Below, one piece after another: positions 46,175 through 57,336 of a stretch of 64,000 nucleotides of DNA. A model generated the notes under the pieces. It did not search any database. It saw only the letters and a list, made by a program, of their open reading frames with translations, and had not been told where the DNA came from. This DNA is from Mayamaea pseudoterrestris (Eukaryota), in the NCBI GenBank assembly GCA_027923505.1, contig BROI01000009.1:372001-436000 (forward strand), in the 5' to 3' direction. Numbering within the stretch: position 1 is the stretch's first letter; every line of letters begins with the position of its first letter. A program made the translations under genes and the position numbers.

Positions 46175-48992
46175 CCATACCCACCGTGGAGGCCGTACCC
46201 ATGGTGTCAGCCTCCAGGCAGTCCTTTTTGCACCATTTGAGACTCTGCACCTGTCAATGGCATACCCTGGACATGTTTGGCCTGACTCATTGGGTATTTG
46301 GGTGGCCAGGGCATGGGGCGTTTGACAGGTCAGAATCGACAACTTGTGGTGTTGGCCATACCCACCGTGGAGGCCGTACCCATGGTGTCAGCCTCCAGGC
46401 AGTCCTTTTTGCACCATTTGAGACTATGCACCTGTCAATGGCATACCCTGGACATGTTTGGCCTGACTCATTGGGTATTTGGGTGGCCAGGGCATGGGGC
46501 GTTTGACAGGTCAGAATCGACAACTTGTGGTGTTGGCCATACCCACCGTGGAGGCCGTACCCATGGTGTCAGCCTCCAGGCAGTCCTTTTTGCACCATTT
46601 GAGACTCTGCACCTGTCAATGGCATACCCTGGACATGTTTTGCCTGGCTCATTGGGTATTTGGGTGGCCAGGGCGTGGGCGTTTGACAGGTAAGAATCTA
46701 CAAAATTTGTGGTGTTGGCCACACCCACAGTGGAGGCCGTACCCATGGTGTCAGCCTCCAGGCAGTCCTTTTTGCACCATTTGAGACACTGCACCTGTCA
46801 ATATTTGGGTCGCCAGGGCATGGGGCGTTTGACAGGTAAGAATCTACAAAATTTGTGGTGTTGGCCATACCCACCGTGGAGGCCGTACCCATGGTGTCAG
46901 CCTCCAGGCAGTCCTTTTTGCACCATTTGAGACTATGCACCTGTCAATGGCATACCCTGGACATGTTTTGCCTGGCTCATTGGGTATTTGGGTGGCCAGG
47001 GCGTGGGCGTTTGACAGGTAAGAATCTACAAAATTTGTGGTGTTGGCCACACCCACAGTGGAGGCCGTACCCATGGTGTCAGCCTCCAGGCAGTCCTTTT
47101 TGCACCATTTGAGACACTGCACCTGTCAATATTTGGGTCGCCAGGGCATGGGGCGTTTGACAGGTCAGAATCTACAACTTGTAATGTTGGCCATACCCAC
47201 AGGATACCCACAGGGGAGGCCGTACCCATGGTGTCAGCCTCCAGGCAGTCCTTTTTGCACCATTCGAGACTCTGCACCTGTCAATATTTGGGTCGCCAGG
47301 GCGTGGGCGTTTGACAGGTAAGAATCTACAAAATTTGTGGTGTTGGCCACACCCACAGTGGAGGCCGTACCCATGGTGTCAGCCTCCAGGCAGTCCTTTT
47401 TGCACCATTTGAGACACTGCACCTGTCAATATTTGGGTCGCCAGGGCATGGGGCGTTTGACAGGTCAGAATCTACAACTTGTAATGTTGGCCATACCCAC
47501 AGGATACCCACAGGGGAGGCCGTACCCATGGTGTCAGCCTCCAGGCAGTCCTTTTTGCACCATTCGAGACTCTGCACCTGTCAATGGCATATCATGGAAA
47601 TGTTTTGCCTGGCTCATTGGGTATTTGGGTGGCCAGGGCATGGGGCGTTTGACAGGTCAGAATCTACAACTTGTGGTGCTGGCCATACCCACAGTGGAGG
47701 CGGGACGTACACATGGTGTCAGCCTCCAGGCAGTCCTTTTTGCACCATTTGAGACTCTGCACCTGTCAATGGCATACCCAGGACATGTTTTGCCTGACTC
47801 ATTGGGTATTTGGGTGGCCAGGGCAAGGGGCGTTTGACAGGTCAGAATCTACAACATGTGGTGTTGGCCATACCCACAGTGGAGGCCGTACCCATGGTGT
47901 CAGCCTCCAGGCAGTCCTTTTTGCACCATTTGAGACTCTGCACCTGTCAATGGCATACCCTGGACATGTTTTGCCTGGCTGATTGGGTATTTGGGTGGCC
48001 AGGGCGTGGGCGTTTGAAAGGTAAGAATCTACAAAATTTGTGGTGTTGGCCACACCCACAGTGGAGGCCGTACCCATGGTGTCAGCCTCCAGGCAGTCCT
48101 TTTTGCACCATTTGAGACGCTGCACCTGTCAATAGCATACCCTGGACATGTTTTGCCTGACTCATTGGGTATTTGGGTGGCCAGGGCTTGGGGCGTTTGA
48201 CAGGTCAGAACCTACAACTTGTAATGTTGGCCATACCCACAGGGGAGGCCGTACCCATGGTGTTAGCCTCCAGGCAGTCCTTTTTGCACCATTCGAGACT
48301 CTGCACCTGTCAATGGCATATCATGGAAATGTTTTGCCTGGCTCATTGGGTATTTGGGTGGCCAGGGCATGGGGCGTTTGACAGGTCAGAATCTACAACT
48401 TGTGGTGCTGGCCATACCCACAGTGGAGGCGGGCCGTACACATGGTGTCAGCCTCCAGGCAGTCCTTTCTGCACCATAAAAACTCTGCACCTGTCAATGG
48501 CATACCCAGGACATGTTTTGCCTGACTCATTGGGTATTTGGGTGGCCAGGGCAAGGGGCGTTTGACAGGTCAGAATCTACAACTTGTGGTGTTGGCCATA
48601 CCCACAGTGGAGGCCGTACCCATGGTGTCAGCCTCCAGGCAGTCCTTTTTGCACCATTTGAGACTCTGCACCTGTCAATGGCACACCCTGGACATGTTTT
48701 GCCTGACTCATTGGGTATTTGGGTGGCCAGGGCATGGGGCGTTTGACAGGTCAGAATCTACAAGTTGTAATGTTGGCCATACCCACAGTGGAGGTCGTAC
48801 CCATGGTGCCAGCCTCCAGGCAGTCCTTTTTGCACCATTTGAGACTCTGCACCTGTCAATGGCATACCCTGGACATGTTTTGCCTGACTCATTGGGTATT
48901 TGGGTGGCCGGGGCATGGGGCGATTGACAGGCCAGAATCTACAACTTGTAATGTTGGCCATACCCACAGGGGAGGCCGTACCCATGGTGTCA
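46175..48992. repeat. Tandem array (satellite 2), about 16-17 copies of a 181 bp unit with 145-155 bp deletion variants
   Basis: Anchor (C/A)CATGGTG at about 46199, 46380, 46561, 46743, 46889, 47071, 47226, 47371, 47526, 47711, 47892, 48074, 48255, 48440, 48620, 48801 and 48982. Confidence 0.97.
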
Positions 48993-51900
48993 TCCTTGCT
49001 ATAAGTGCGCAGTAAGCTGTTTCTTAGGTAACGTGCGCGCCGGTCGGCCTTGAGGTTCTTCCTTGGGAATCGGATTGATGCTCGGAGAGATCAACACACC
49101 CTTGCAAGGGAGGACCTGGGAGGTCCTTAACATAATTGTTGCTCATGAGGCGATGGTGAGCCGTCGAATGATGCTTGGTGAAGTAGTCAGCAGCGTTCTC
49201 ACTGCCTTTGCGCCAGTAGACGATGAATTGGCCTTGGGCGACGCGATCCTTGATCCAGAAGTACCGCATGTCCATGGCTTTGGAGCGTTTGTTCTTGACG
49301 GCATTGTTGGCAATGCCTACCGCACCACTGTTATCAACCTGGATGAGGGTAGGCGGTTGCTTATGTCCCAAGGCTTCGAGGACTTGGCGGAAGACAGTGG
49401 CGTTCTTGGCGTTGTGAAAGAGTCCACCCAGTTCGGCTTCAGCGGCTGAGGAGACAACGACGTCAAGGATTTTGGCGCTGGTATGAATTGCTCCATTCTC
49501 TTCAGGGAGTGGCTCATTAGCTTGCGGTGGCTTGGTGGGATCCATGGGCATATTGGAGAGGAAATGGATTCCGGCATATGTGGATTGAGCATTGGCTTCA
49601 GAGAGGTAAGAGGCATCGCTGACGGTTACAAGGTACATGCCGCTCGCTTTGAATACCAGGACGGCATTGGAGTGGATGGCTGCATAGTCTAAAAACTGAT
49701 TGAGAGCTTTATTGAGGTCTTCGGTCGGTTTCCGTGAGGCAAGCGTGTTGAGTGGTTTGAGCATTCTGTTGTCAACAGCGCGCGCGTAGAAAAGGAAGAG
49801 GCCGCAGGCAATCTGTAAGTGCTTGATGCCTTTAGGTGATAGAGCCGGGGATGTATTCTCAGTGGCCATTTGTTTTTTAGTGCCATAGACAGGTTCCGTG
49901 AATGGATAGGGAGAGTCTTGTGGTGTGGCGGGTGTTGGATGTTGCAGGCGTTTCAACGCATTCTTCACGTAATTTGGCATGGAGAGTTCAACGGTGCGTT
50001 TGTTATAGTCCCATTTTAGTTGCAGGCCGAGGAACTTGTCACCTTTGAGGTCAATGGTGATTTTGTATTGCTTTTCAAGAACACTTGTTAGATAGTCAAC
50101 GTGTTCCAATCCAACTGTTTTGATTCCAAAATCATCCATGTCGAGGCAGAAGGCTAGTGGCCGGGTGGCATGGGTAAAGAGGCCTGGTGTGTTCAATTGC
50201 TCAATGAAATCATGTGCTAGAAGGTGCTTGCGTAAACGGAGGTAGGATAGGTAACCGGCTTGGGGCAGACCTGGGATGGACTTGCGAAGCTCGGCGGTGA
50301 CTTTTCCATTGATTGCCTTGGAGGTGAGATCATATTCGTCAATGATGCATTGCGGGATGTCCTTGATGTTGAGATTCATGTATTCATATTCATCCATAGG
50401 CGTGCCGAGGTAGAAATTGCTGATGTCAACGGTGTGGAAAGTGGCTCCTGGAGTTGACACGACACTGTTGAGGAGGATGCGGACAGTGGGGATGTCAGCA
50501 CCTGGAGTGCTTTTTTGGCCAGGGTAATCAATCCTGTCGCCACCTGCTGTGAGGCGAACGCGGTATGTTTCCTCTTTGTTGGGGTGAATGCTGGCAACAA
50601 TGCGGCAGTAGGTGGCTTGTTTGTTTCGTGGAATGTCCTTTGGGCTGATGAAGAACAGTGTTTCAGTGCCATCAATGGGCTGCTGCTTGCATCCTTGGGA
50701 GAGTCGTCCTAATTCCATTGCCATGGCGCGCTTCCATTTTTCCTGTTCATCACCCTGAATGAGGTGACGGTATTCGAGGGATTTGCCAGTTTGCTCGTCG
50801 AGGACGGCATTGGCTTGTAGCTTGCTGGACGGTTTGTAGATGCCATGCTGTGAGCGGGTAGTGGCACGTTCAGTGGGCTAAATGGGTTTGGATTTGCGAA
50901 AGTTGAAACGCTCTGCAGATGCGATGCGTTGTTTGAGTTCAGCTTTGGTTGTTGCTGCTTTTTGGCGGCGCCTGCGTTGGTCTGCATTGCGTGTAGCGTG
51001 CGCATACGTGATGGAGCGTGGTGCTGTGGAAACCAATGTGGTGTTGAACGTTACTTGCTTGGGCGTTGTATGACGTGCGCAATGGATGGCACTTTTTGTT
51101 GGTGCTGGCGTCAGCGCAAAGACGTTCGATGTGTCTGGTTCTTCTTGTGGCACCCTTGGAGACTCGCATGGTATAGTCAGTGTTGCAGACACCCTTGGAG
51201 AGTCGGCTGGGGGTACACTACTTGGTCGCTCAGCAATTGGTGACTGGTTAGATGGCACCCTTGGAGAGTCCGCCGCTGGCGTACTGAGTGGGGCAATAAA
51301 GTCTGCTGGGACGTCGACGTTGTTCATGGAGGCAAAGATGGCTGCTAGGCGTTTGATTTCTTCCGTATGCGACGAGACTATAGGATCCACAGGGGCGGAT
51401 GTTCACGGATGTTGTAGAAGATGGAGCAGGTCCTTGATCAGTGCGGAGACTATGTCGTTGGTAGACGGTGTAGGCATGACGACTTGGGATGGAAACCAAG
51501 CAAGAGTGTTGGCAATACGTTCAGCATCTGTTTCAGTGCCATAGACTCGGTAGCAGCGGTAGTGCTCCATTGCTGGTCCAAGGTAATAGCCGTCAACTCC
51601 GTGTGGCGATTGTGATTGACGCTTATCTGCTTTCTCATGAATGATGACTCGCGTTCCTGGTGGTGCCATTGATGTTCGATTAAAATCAAAAGCACCGTGC
51701 AGCTGGGCATACGCTGAAAGTTTTGGATTGATTCTGGACGTGCGAAGCAGATTAAGAGTGATGACAGCCTGCGGGAGAAGGCGGTCCCAGTGTCGGAGTG
51801 GAAACTTTGGATCGGTGCCACAGAGGATGGCAACAAAGTGGTTTGTCCATGTGCGAATGGCACGTTCTGCGGCATTGCGACGGTGATTGTATGGAGGTAC

Positions 51901-53073
51901 CAATTGAAAATTAATGTCTTGCTTGCGCATAAAGTCCTTGAGTGCTTTGCAGGCTTCATTGTCCAAGCGTTGGAGCTGTGGCTTGAGTCCTCGCGAGCAT
52001 AGGAGTTCATGGATGTTTTTGTACGCCGCAACAATGCTGGCGCCCGTCTTGTTCTTCAGAGGTTCGACGAGAATTGCATTGCTGTCTTCATCATAGAGGA
52101 CTAGCATGCTTGTGTTTCCTGAGCTGGAGACTTGCATGAATCGACCTGTGAGATCCAAATGCACTTTTCCGGTGGCTTCTTTGACGCTTGCCCAAATGTG
52201 GTGCTCGTGTTGCGCTGGTGGATCTGATTGCGCTGGGTACATATCGGCTTCAATGTCAGCTGCAGTGTCGACGACGTGATTTGCGACATGTTTTTTCGTA
52301 GAGCGAACATTTTTTCGTGTCTGATCAAGGTGTCCTTTTGCACTTGCTGTGGATCGCGGTGGATGAGCTCGTACTTGCTGGGAGGTGACACTTGGGAACG
52401 TGGTCAGATGTCCATTATCCAGCGCTTTGCACTAGGTGGAAACTGTTGGAGATCCCATGGTGGCGCTGAGGTAGGCCACGCAGTCAGCAACTGTGTGAGG
52501 CTGATACATGGAGAGTGCATAGTTTGTGCTCGTTGGTATGTGCTGGTTCATGTTGCATGACCAAAGTTTTGTGTCACTGTCTCGTGTCCCAGCGAGTATG
52601 ATTTGGTCACCTTTGGAGATAGTGACTGTTGTTGCTGTGAACTCTGCGGTGCAGCCATCGTCGCATAGTGCTCCAATGGAGAGTAGAGACATTGCCATGT
52701 CTGGGAAAACATGTGCCTGGCGTGCAGCGGGCGAGCATCCCGGTAGATCAAGGAGTACTGTGTGCGTGGACTGCATGGTGGTGCCATTGGGGACTGTGAC
52801 GATGATTCCTGGTGACGCTGGCTGCTTGTTTGAGTACGGGAGCATGGATGTGATGTAGTGGCCGGTGCATCCAGTGTCGGTGATTGCTTTACAGTGTATA
52901 GGCGGGGAGGAGACATCAAGTTCATTTAACCACTGTTTATAAGTTGAACTATTAGCTGATGCCGTCCCTCCGTCCTATTCCTGCGTGGAGCGGTTGCCGT
53001 TGTTGCGGTAGGTGAGGTTTCCTTCCTTGCCATTCATCTTGTTCGCCCAAGTGGCCGCGACTTGATGTCCTTC
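48993..53073 (-). mobile_element. 5'-truncated, decayed Ty1/copia retrotransposon of a second lineage, element B
   Basis: Gag tail GHQVAATWANKMNG; PR ITDTGCTGHY; IN HLDLTGRF, RLDNEA, HRRNAAERAIRTW; RT VDISNFYLGTPM, PGLPQAG, LDMDDFGIK; RH SDASYLSE, SSAAEAELG, VDNS, KAMDMRYFWIKDR, ADYFTKHH. AAGGG-TGTGTTG marks the PPT/LTR start at ~49096. No 5' LTR seen. Confidence 0.93.
49024..52974 (-). pseudogene. pol: pol of element B: one reading frame broken by three premature stops
   Basis: ORFs 52432-52845, 51403-52242, 50878-51390 and 49024-50724 are all in the same frame; stops at 52432-52434 (TAG), 51403-51405 (TGA) and 50878-50880 (TAG). Confidence 0.9.
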
Positions 53074-53485
53074 GCAGGTGAGCTTGGCGTCAGTAGACAT
53101 CATTTGAAACGCTTGCTTGCTTGCACTCACCTTTCAAGTCGTTCGTTTGCCATCGCCTCCTCGATCATGTCCGCCAACAGCAACATCGACCGGAATGTCA
53201 ATGAGACGCGGTGACAAGCCTTACCACTGTCACTTTGTGTGGTGCAGATGTGGTTTGCCTGGCGACATGCAGCTTGCCCTGACTCAAACGCTGAAGAATT
53301 TGCGCGATAAAACGTCGCCGCCTGAGATCCATCCAAGAAGACGCACGATCATGCCAATGAGCCGTCAGGGGCAGCAACAGCAGAGCCATGGTTCGCGAAA
53401 GCTGATGAAGCTCAATGCTATGAGCCAGACTATGTGCAGCGTATAAGAATGTCTGTTAAATGAGTTTAGAGATTATACTTTTTAA

Positions 53486-53690
53486 AGCAATCATGGAGCT
53501 GCCATCGTTTGTCAGCTCGGATTGGATCAAATGAGACGATTTCAATGTGTCATCGACATGGAGAGTGACTGCTTGTGCTTTTGGGGAAAAGGGATGGAGT
53601 CAAGGTACCGTTTTTAAACGTTGGGGATGCTCGCAAGGCTCGAAGACTGCGAGCGAATGTTCGTGATCGGCCACTGCCCGTCGACTAGCA
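53486..53690 (+). pseudogene. Fragment resembling the C-terminus of a Ddi1-like retroviral-type aspartic protease domain
   Basis: QLGLDQMRRFQCVIDMESDCLCF, then a frameshift to DGVKVPFL; compare the Ddi1 pattern LGLDML.RHQC.IDL....L..G....PFL. No catalytic DSG/DTG motif found. Confidence 0.5.
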
Positions 53691-55469
53691 CCAACTACAG
53701 AAGCGACAAGGTCCATCTCGAGCCGGATTCCATCAATCTTTCGAAGACACGTCCTGAAGGGGTTGCTTGTATTGCACCTACCGTATGTGTGATAAAGTCG
53801 CGGTGCGTTTTCCGTTTGCTGATCCTCGATGGCCGGTTTAGGTGTCTACAGACTGGACGACAACCAAGCAAGCTTTGCCGATATTAACTGTACGAGTAAA
53901 CAGCCTACCGGTAGACAATTAATAACTCCACCAAGGTGACGAGGTAATAAAGTGCTTTATTCATCATATATATATGTATGCGATGTATTGCTACTAGTTT
54001 TATCGATCGCAAAGATGAAGATGTCGGCCAAGTACAAGTATTTGACATCATCGCGAGTTAGCTGGTGCGTCAATGCACATCTGACCCAGGTTCCATAAGA
54101 TTGGTAACATATGAAAGGCTGTTTGAGTATATATGGTTATCGTAGTCACCATAAAGCTGAGATCGCGCTGCAGCTACTCGCTCGGAATCGTGCTAGAATG
54201 CAGGCTCACGCCATTCTTCGCCCTTTTCTCCTCATCGCGTGAGTGTATCTCGACAATTTGGTAGCCAATACCTTCAACTTGCATCTGAGTCTTGACAATG
54301 AACGCTCAGGCGCGTCAACGTCATGGTTGAAAATTTTTCGCGGAACAAGGTTTGCAAAGGAGCGATTGCTTTGATATTTTGCACCCAAAGGCGCGTCGGT
54401 CTGCGACACGCATTCACCCCTCTTTACGATCACTTCGACGAGCGAGTTGTCCAAGAAGGTGAGTTCGTTGCCTCTACTTCCGTAATGTACGTAACAGATT
54501 CCATACTGGTGGACTGGTGGTCCATCGCGAAACATGACCATCAGCTGAGTGCGCGTGTCGCGCAATGTCACCGGGAAGGAGACGTCTTCCGTCTTTGTCT
54601 ACTTAACCGCCAACGTCTTGTCAACGCGCCAATCAATCATTTGCCTGGCTTGTTTGGTCGAAGTCGACTACGTCAGATGATGGTGCGTCGTCTGTCTACA
54701 AGTCCATGAATGATGGCCGATGGCTGCCACGCAATTTCACTGGACGGCGTTGACAAACTGGTGCTCCTCTTTCTATTAGCAGCCAGTAAAACAGAACACA
54801 GAGTGATCGACATAATATATGAGCTGGTTGCAGGCGACTCGTTCGAAGCCATTGCTCCTTGGCAGCCCTGCCAGCGTCACACAGCTGCTAGCATACAGCA
54901 CTGCTTCGTCAAAGTGACATTCTTTCGTCCAAGTCACGACCACGACCTTTCATGGTCTGTACCAGTAAGACATCCGCATTCGTCATGTCGCAGTTTTCAC
55001 TGACGCTTGTTTCATACTATTGCCTTCTTGACATTTTTCGATCATCATTCGTTTTGTACTATTGCCTAATGACGCAGTTTTCACTGGCGCCTGTTTCGTA
55101 CTATCTTCTTGTGACGTAACATTTTGAATTCTCAACTTTACTATAGGACAATGAGAAGAGTGAGTGGTTCACGATGCTTGCTGGCGTGCGTTAGCGGCAT
55201 GTGGATGTGAATGACCATTGTCGCGATTGCTCCTCCAGCTTCCGACTCATCGTGATCGGACTTGCTACAGTATTCGAATAGACGACAGCTTGATACTTGA
55301 TTTCTTACTTGCAAGCAAATAATAGCGGCAAAGCATTGGGCGCGATCATAGCTCCACATCCACTAAGATACATTCCGCCTTGATCTCTCATCCGTTCGAG
55401 GCACGAATTCATTCGCTGATAGTACTAGTACAGAGACGCTTCTTTACTCTTTTTATCGAGTAGTCGATC

Positions 55470-56403
55470 ATGTCATCGGCTTACTCGCATCTCCCTAACT
55501 CTGACTTTGATTTGGAGTCGGACGACTTGTCAATGAATCTTGTCGGACCCTCTCGAGACGCTCCTACACTCCAGTCGAGTCACACGCCACTCCTGTCGGT
55601 CATTGCGCCCGCGACACTTCCAGAAGGGTACGAGTTTGAAACCATTGTTGGAAACGCTCGATACATGGTCACAGTTCCTCCTGGTGGAGTGGAAAATGGA
55701 CAAAAGTTTGAAGTGCCATTGCCGTCGCGCATGGTGGCGTCGGCGGCAACCATTGCTATTCCAGTGGGACATTGGCGCGACTCCTTGTTTGGTTGCTTTT
55801 CCCATGGACCTTGTCATCCTCACTTGTGGACTGGTCTTTGTTGCGGACTTTGTGAGTATGACATTGTAGTCGATGGATTGAAAGTATTGATTCGCTTGTA
55901 TGAATTATCCATCATTTTAAACGACTCTCACCCATTCACACTCTTGATTCCTTGCAGTGGCTGCTGGACAGGTCACTCGTCGTTTAAAGTTGACGGCCTG
56001 GGGCAAGCCGGGATCCGTCGGCCAGACGGAGATTGCCTTCAAGGTCATTTTCATGGCGCTTGTCGTTTACTTGACCATTTACATTGGCTTGTATCTTGTC
56101 TTGTTGGCGTTGGCCCCAAATGCGCAAGTGCCGACAAATGCCTACATGGCAATCTTTTATATTCGAAGCATTTGGCACTATCTATACATGATAGCTTTGA
56201 CGATTGTCTTGTTTAATCTGCGAGGATACGTTCGGCGCAAGTATGCCATTCCTGGTTCGGAAACGGAAGACTGCTGCTGCAGTTGCTGGTGTCCCTGCTT
56301 GGTAGCAACGCAATTGATGCGACACACCACGGACTATGATACGTATCCAAGTTTGTGCTGCAGCGAAACTGGCTTGCCAAAGCATGCGCCGGAGATTGTA
56401 TAA
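55470..56403 (+). CDS. PLAC8-family cysteine-rich membrane protein, 2 exons
   Basis: VIAPATLPEGYEF...VTVPPGGVE.GQKF, GHWRDSLFGCF, LRGYVRRKYAIP..EDCCCSCWCPCLVATQLMRHT. Intron 55852-55957. Confidence 0.85.
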
Positions 56404-57336
56404 ATCAGAATCATGAATATTTGAAAGTGACGAGGAGCTGTGGTGCCAATGTGGAATGTTGCGTCGGATGGTGCTGGGATGGGGCATCACTTGGAGCTAA
56501 AAGAACAAGGCGTAAAAACAGTTCTAAAGCCTGGTGTGTTAAAGCATTATTGTAATGGATCTAGGACGTAGATGTGATGCGCGGCCGTGCCGACTGTGTC
56601 TGTCGGTGCATTTTTACCCCGCAGAAGGTCATCATGCCCATGCAATCTTTATCATGATACTATTACATGACATGTATATCCTCGGGATTCATTAGCAAGT
56701 GGCCGCATTTCTAATTATCTTGTGCAACGTTCGGCCTTTGGTGTCTACCGGAAGCGACGTAAACGACTGGACGCTGAATCATTCAACCGAGGAGTGAAAC
56801 TTCTGATTGTCCATCAAGCATGGACAGCATCATCATCGTCATCATCATCATCAGCAGCAGCATGTTTGTAAAGCTTGTCAGCACTTTTTCTGCTGGTACA
56901 GCTTTCCAAAAATGCTTGCCAGCCGCAGGATGTCTATGCGGCCGACAAGCATCGGCCGAACACAAAAAAAGGTCGGGCCTGAAAAGGCTAAAGGAATATT
57001 TGTCAGATAGATTCAATCATTTATATCACCCTCATGAAACAATTAAAAACCATCGACGACGTCTCCTTTGACAGTTTCAAGACAACGAGCAAGCGCGTCC
57101 TATCAGCAGAAATTTAGATGCTAAGAACCCAGTGCTATTTGGCATTCATCGACATCGTCGCTGGTGAATACAGGCTGACAAAAAGCAGGATCCATGTTTA
57201 ATACGTACCATAAACTTGTTTTTCGATTCTTGTGTATGGCCGTGAGAAATTCCCAAGTCGACTGCTCAAGCCTATTATATTCCGCATTACTGCACCGCCT
57301 CCTCAACTTGCCTGCGCCTACCGGTAGTTCGCAAAG

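Noticed and set aside
46175..48992. CRISPR-like array
   Set aside because: Whole units repeat, with no unique spacers and no cas genes; the context is eukaryotic. The same applies to 4512-5603.
46156..49015. Many short repetitive ORFs in satellite 2 (and 4369-5473 in satellite 1)
   Set aside because: Unit lengths such as 181, 146, 169 and 160 shift frame from copy to copy and stops recur, so these are by-products of the repeat.
54206..55003. ORFs of 97-128 aa on both strands
   Set aside because: No recognisable domain and interrupted by stops; possibly decayed coding DNA but cannot be supported.
56826..56862. (CAT/CAG)n tract and His/Gln-rich mini-ORF; also (TACTG)n at ~63450-63500
   Set aside because: Simple microsatellites with no supporting gene structure.
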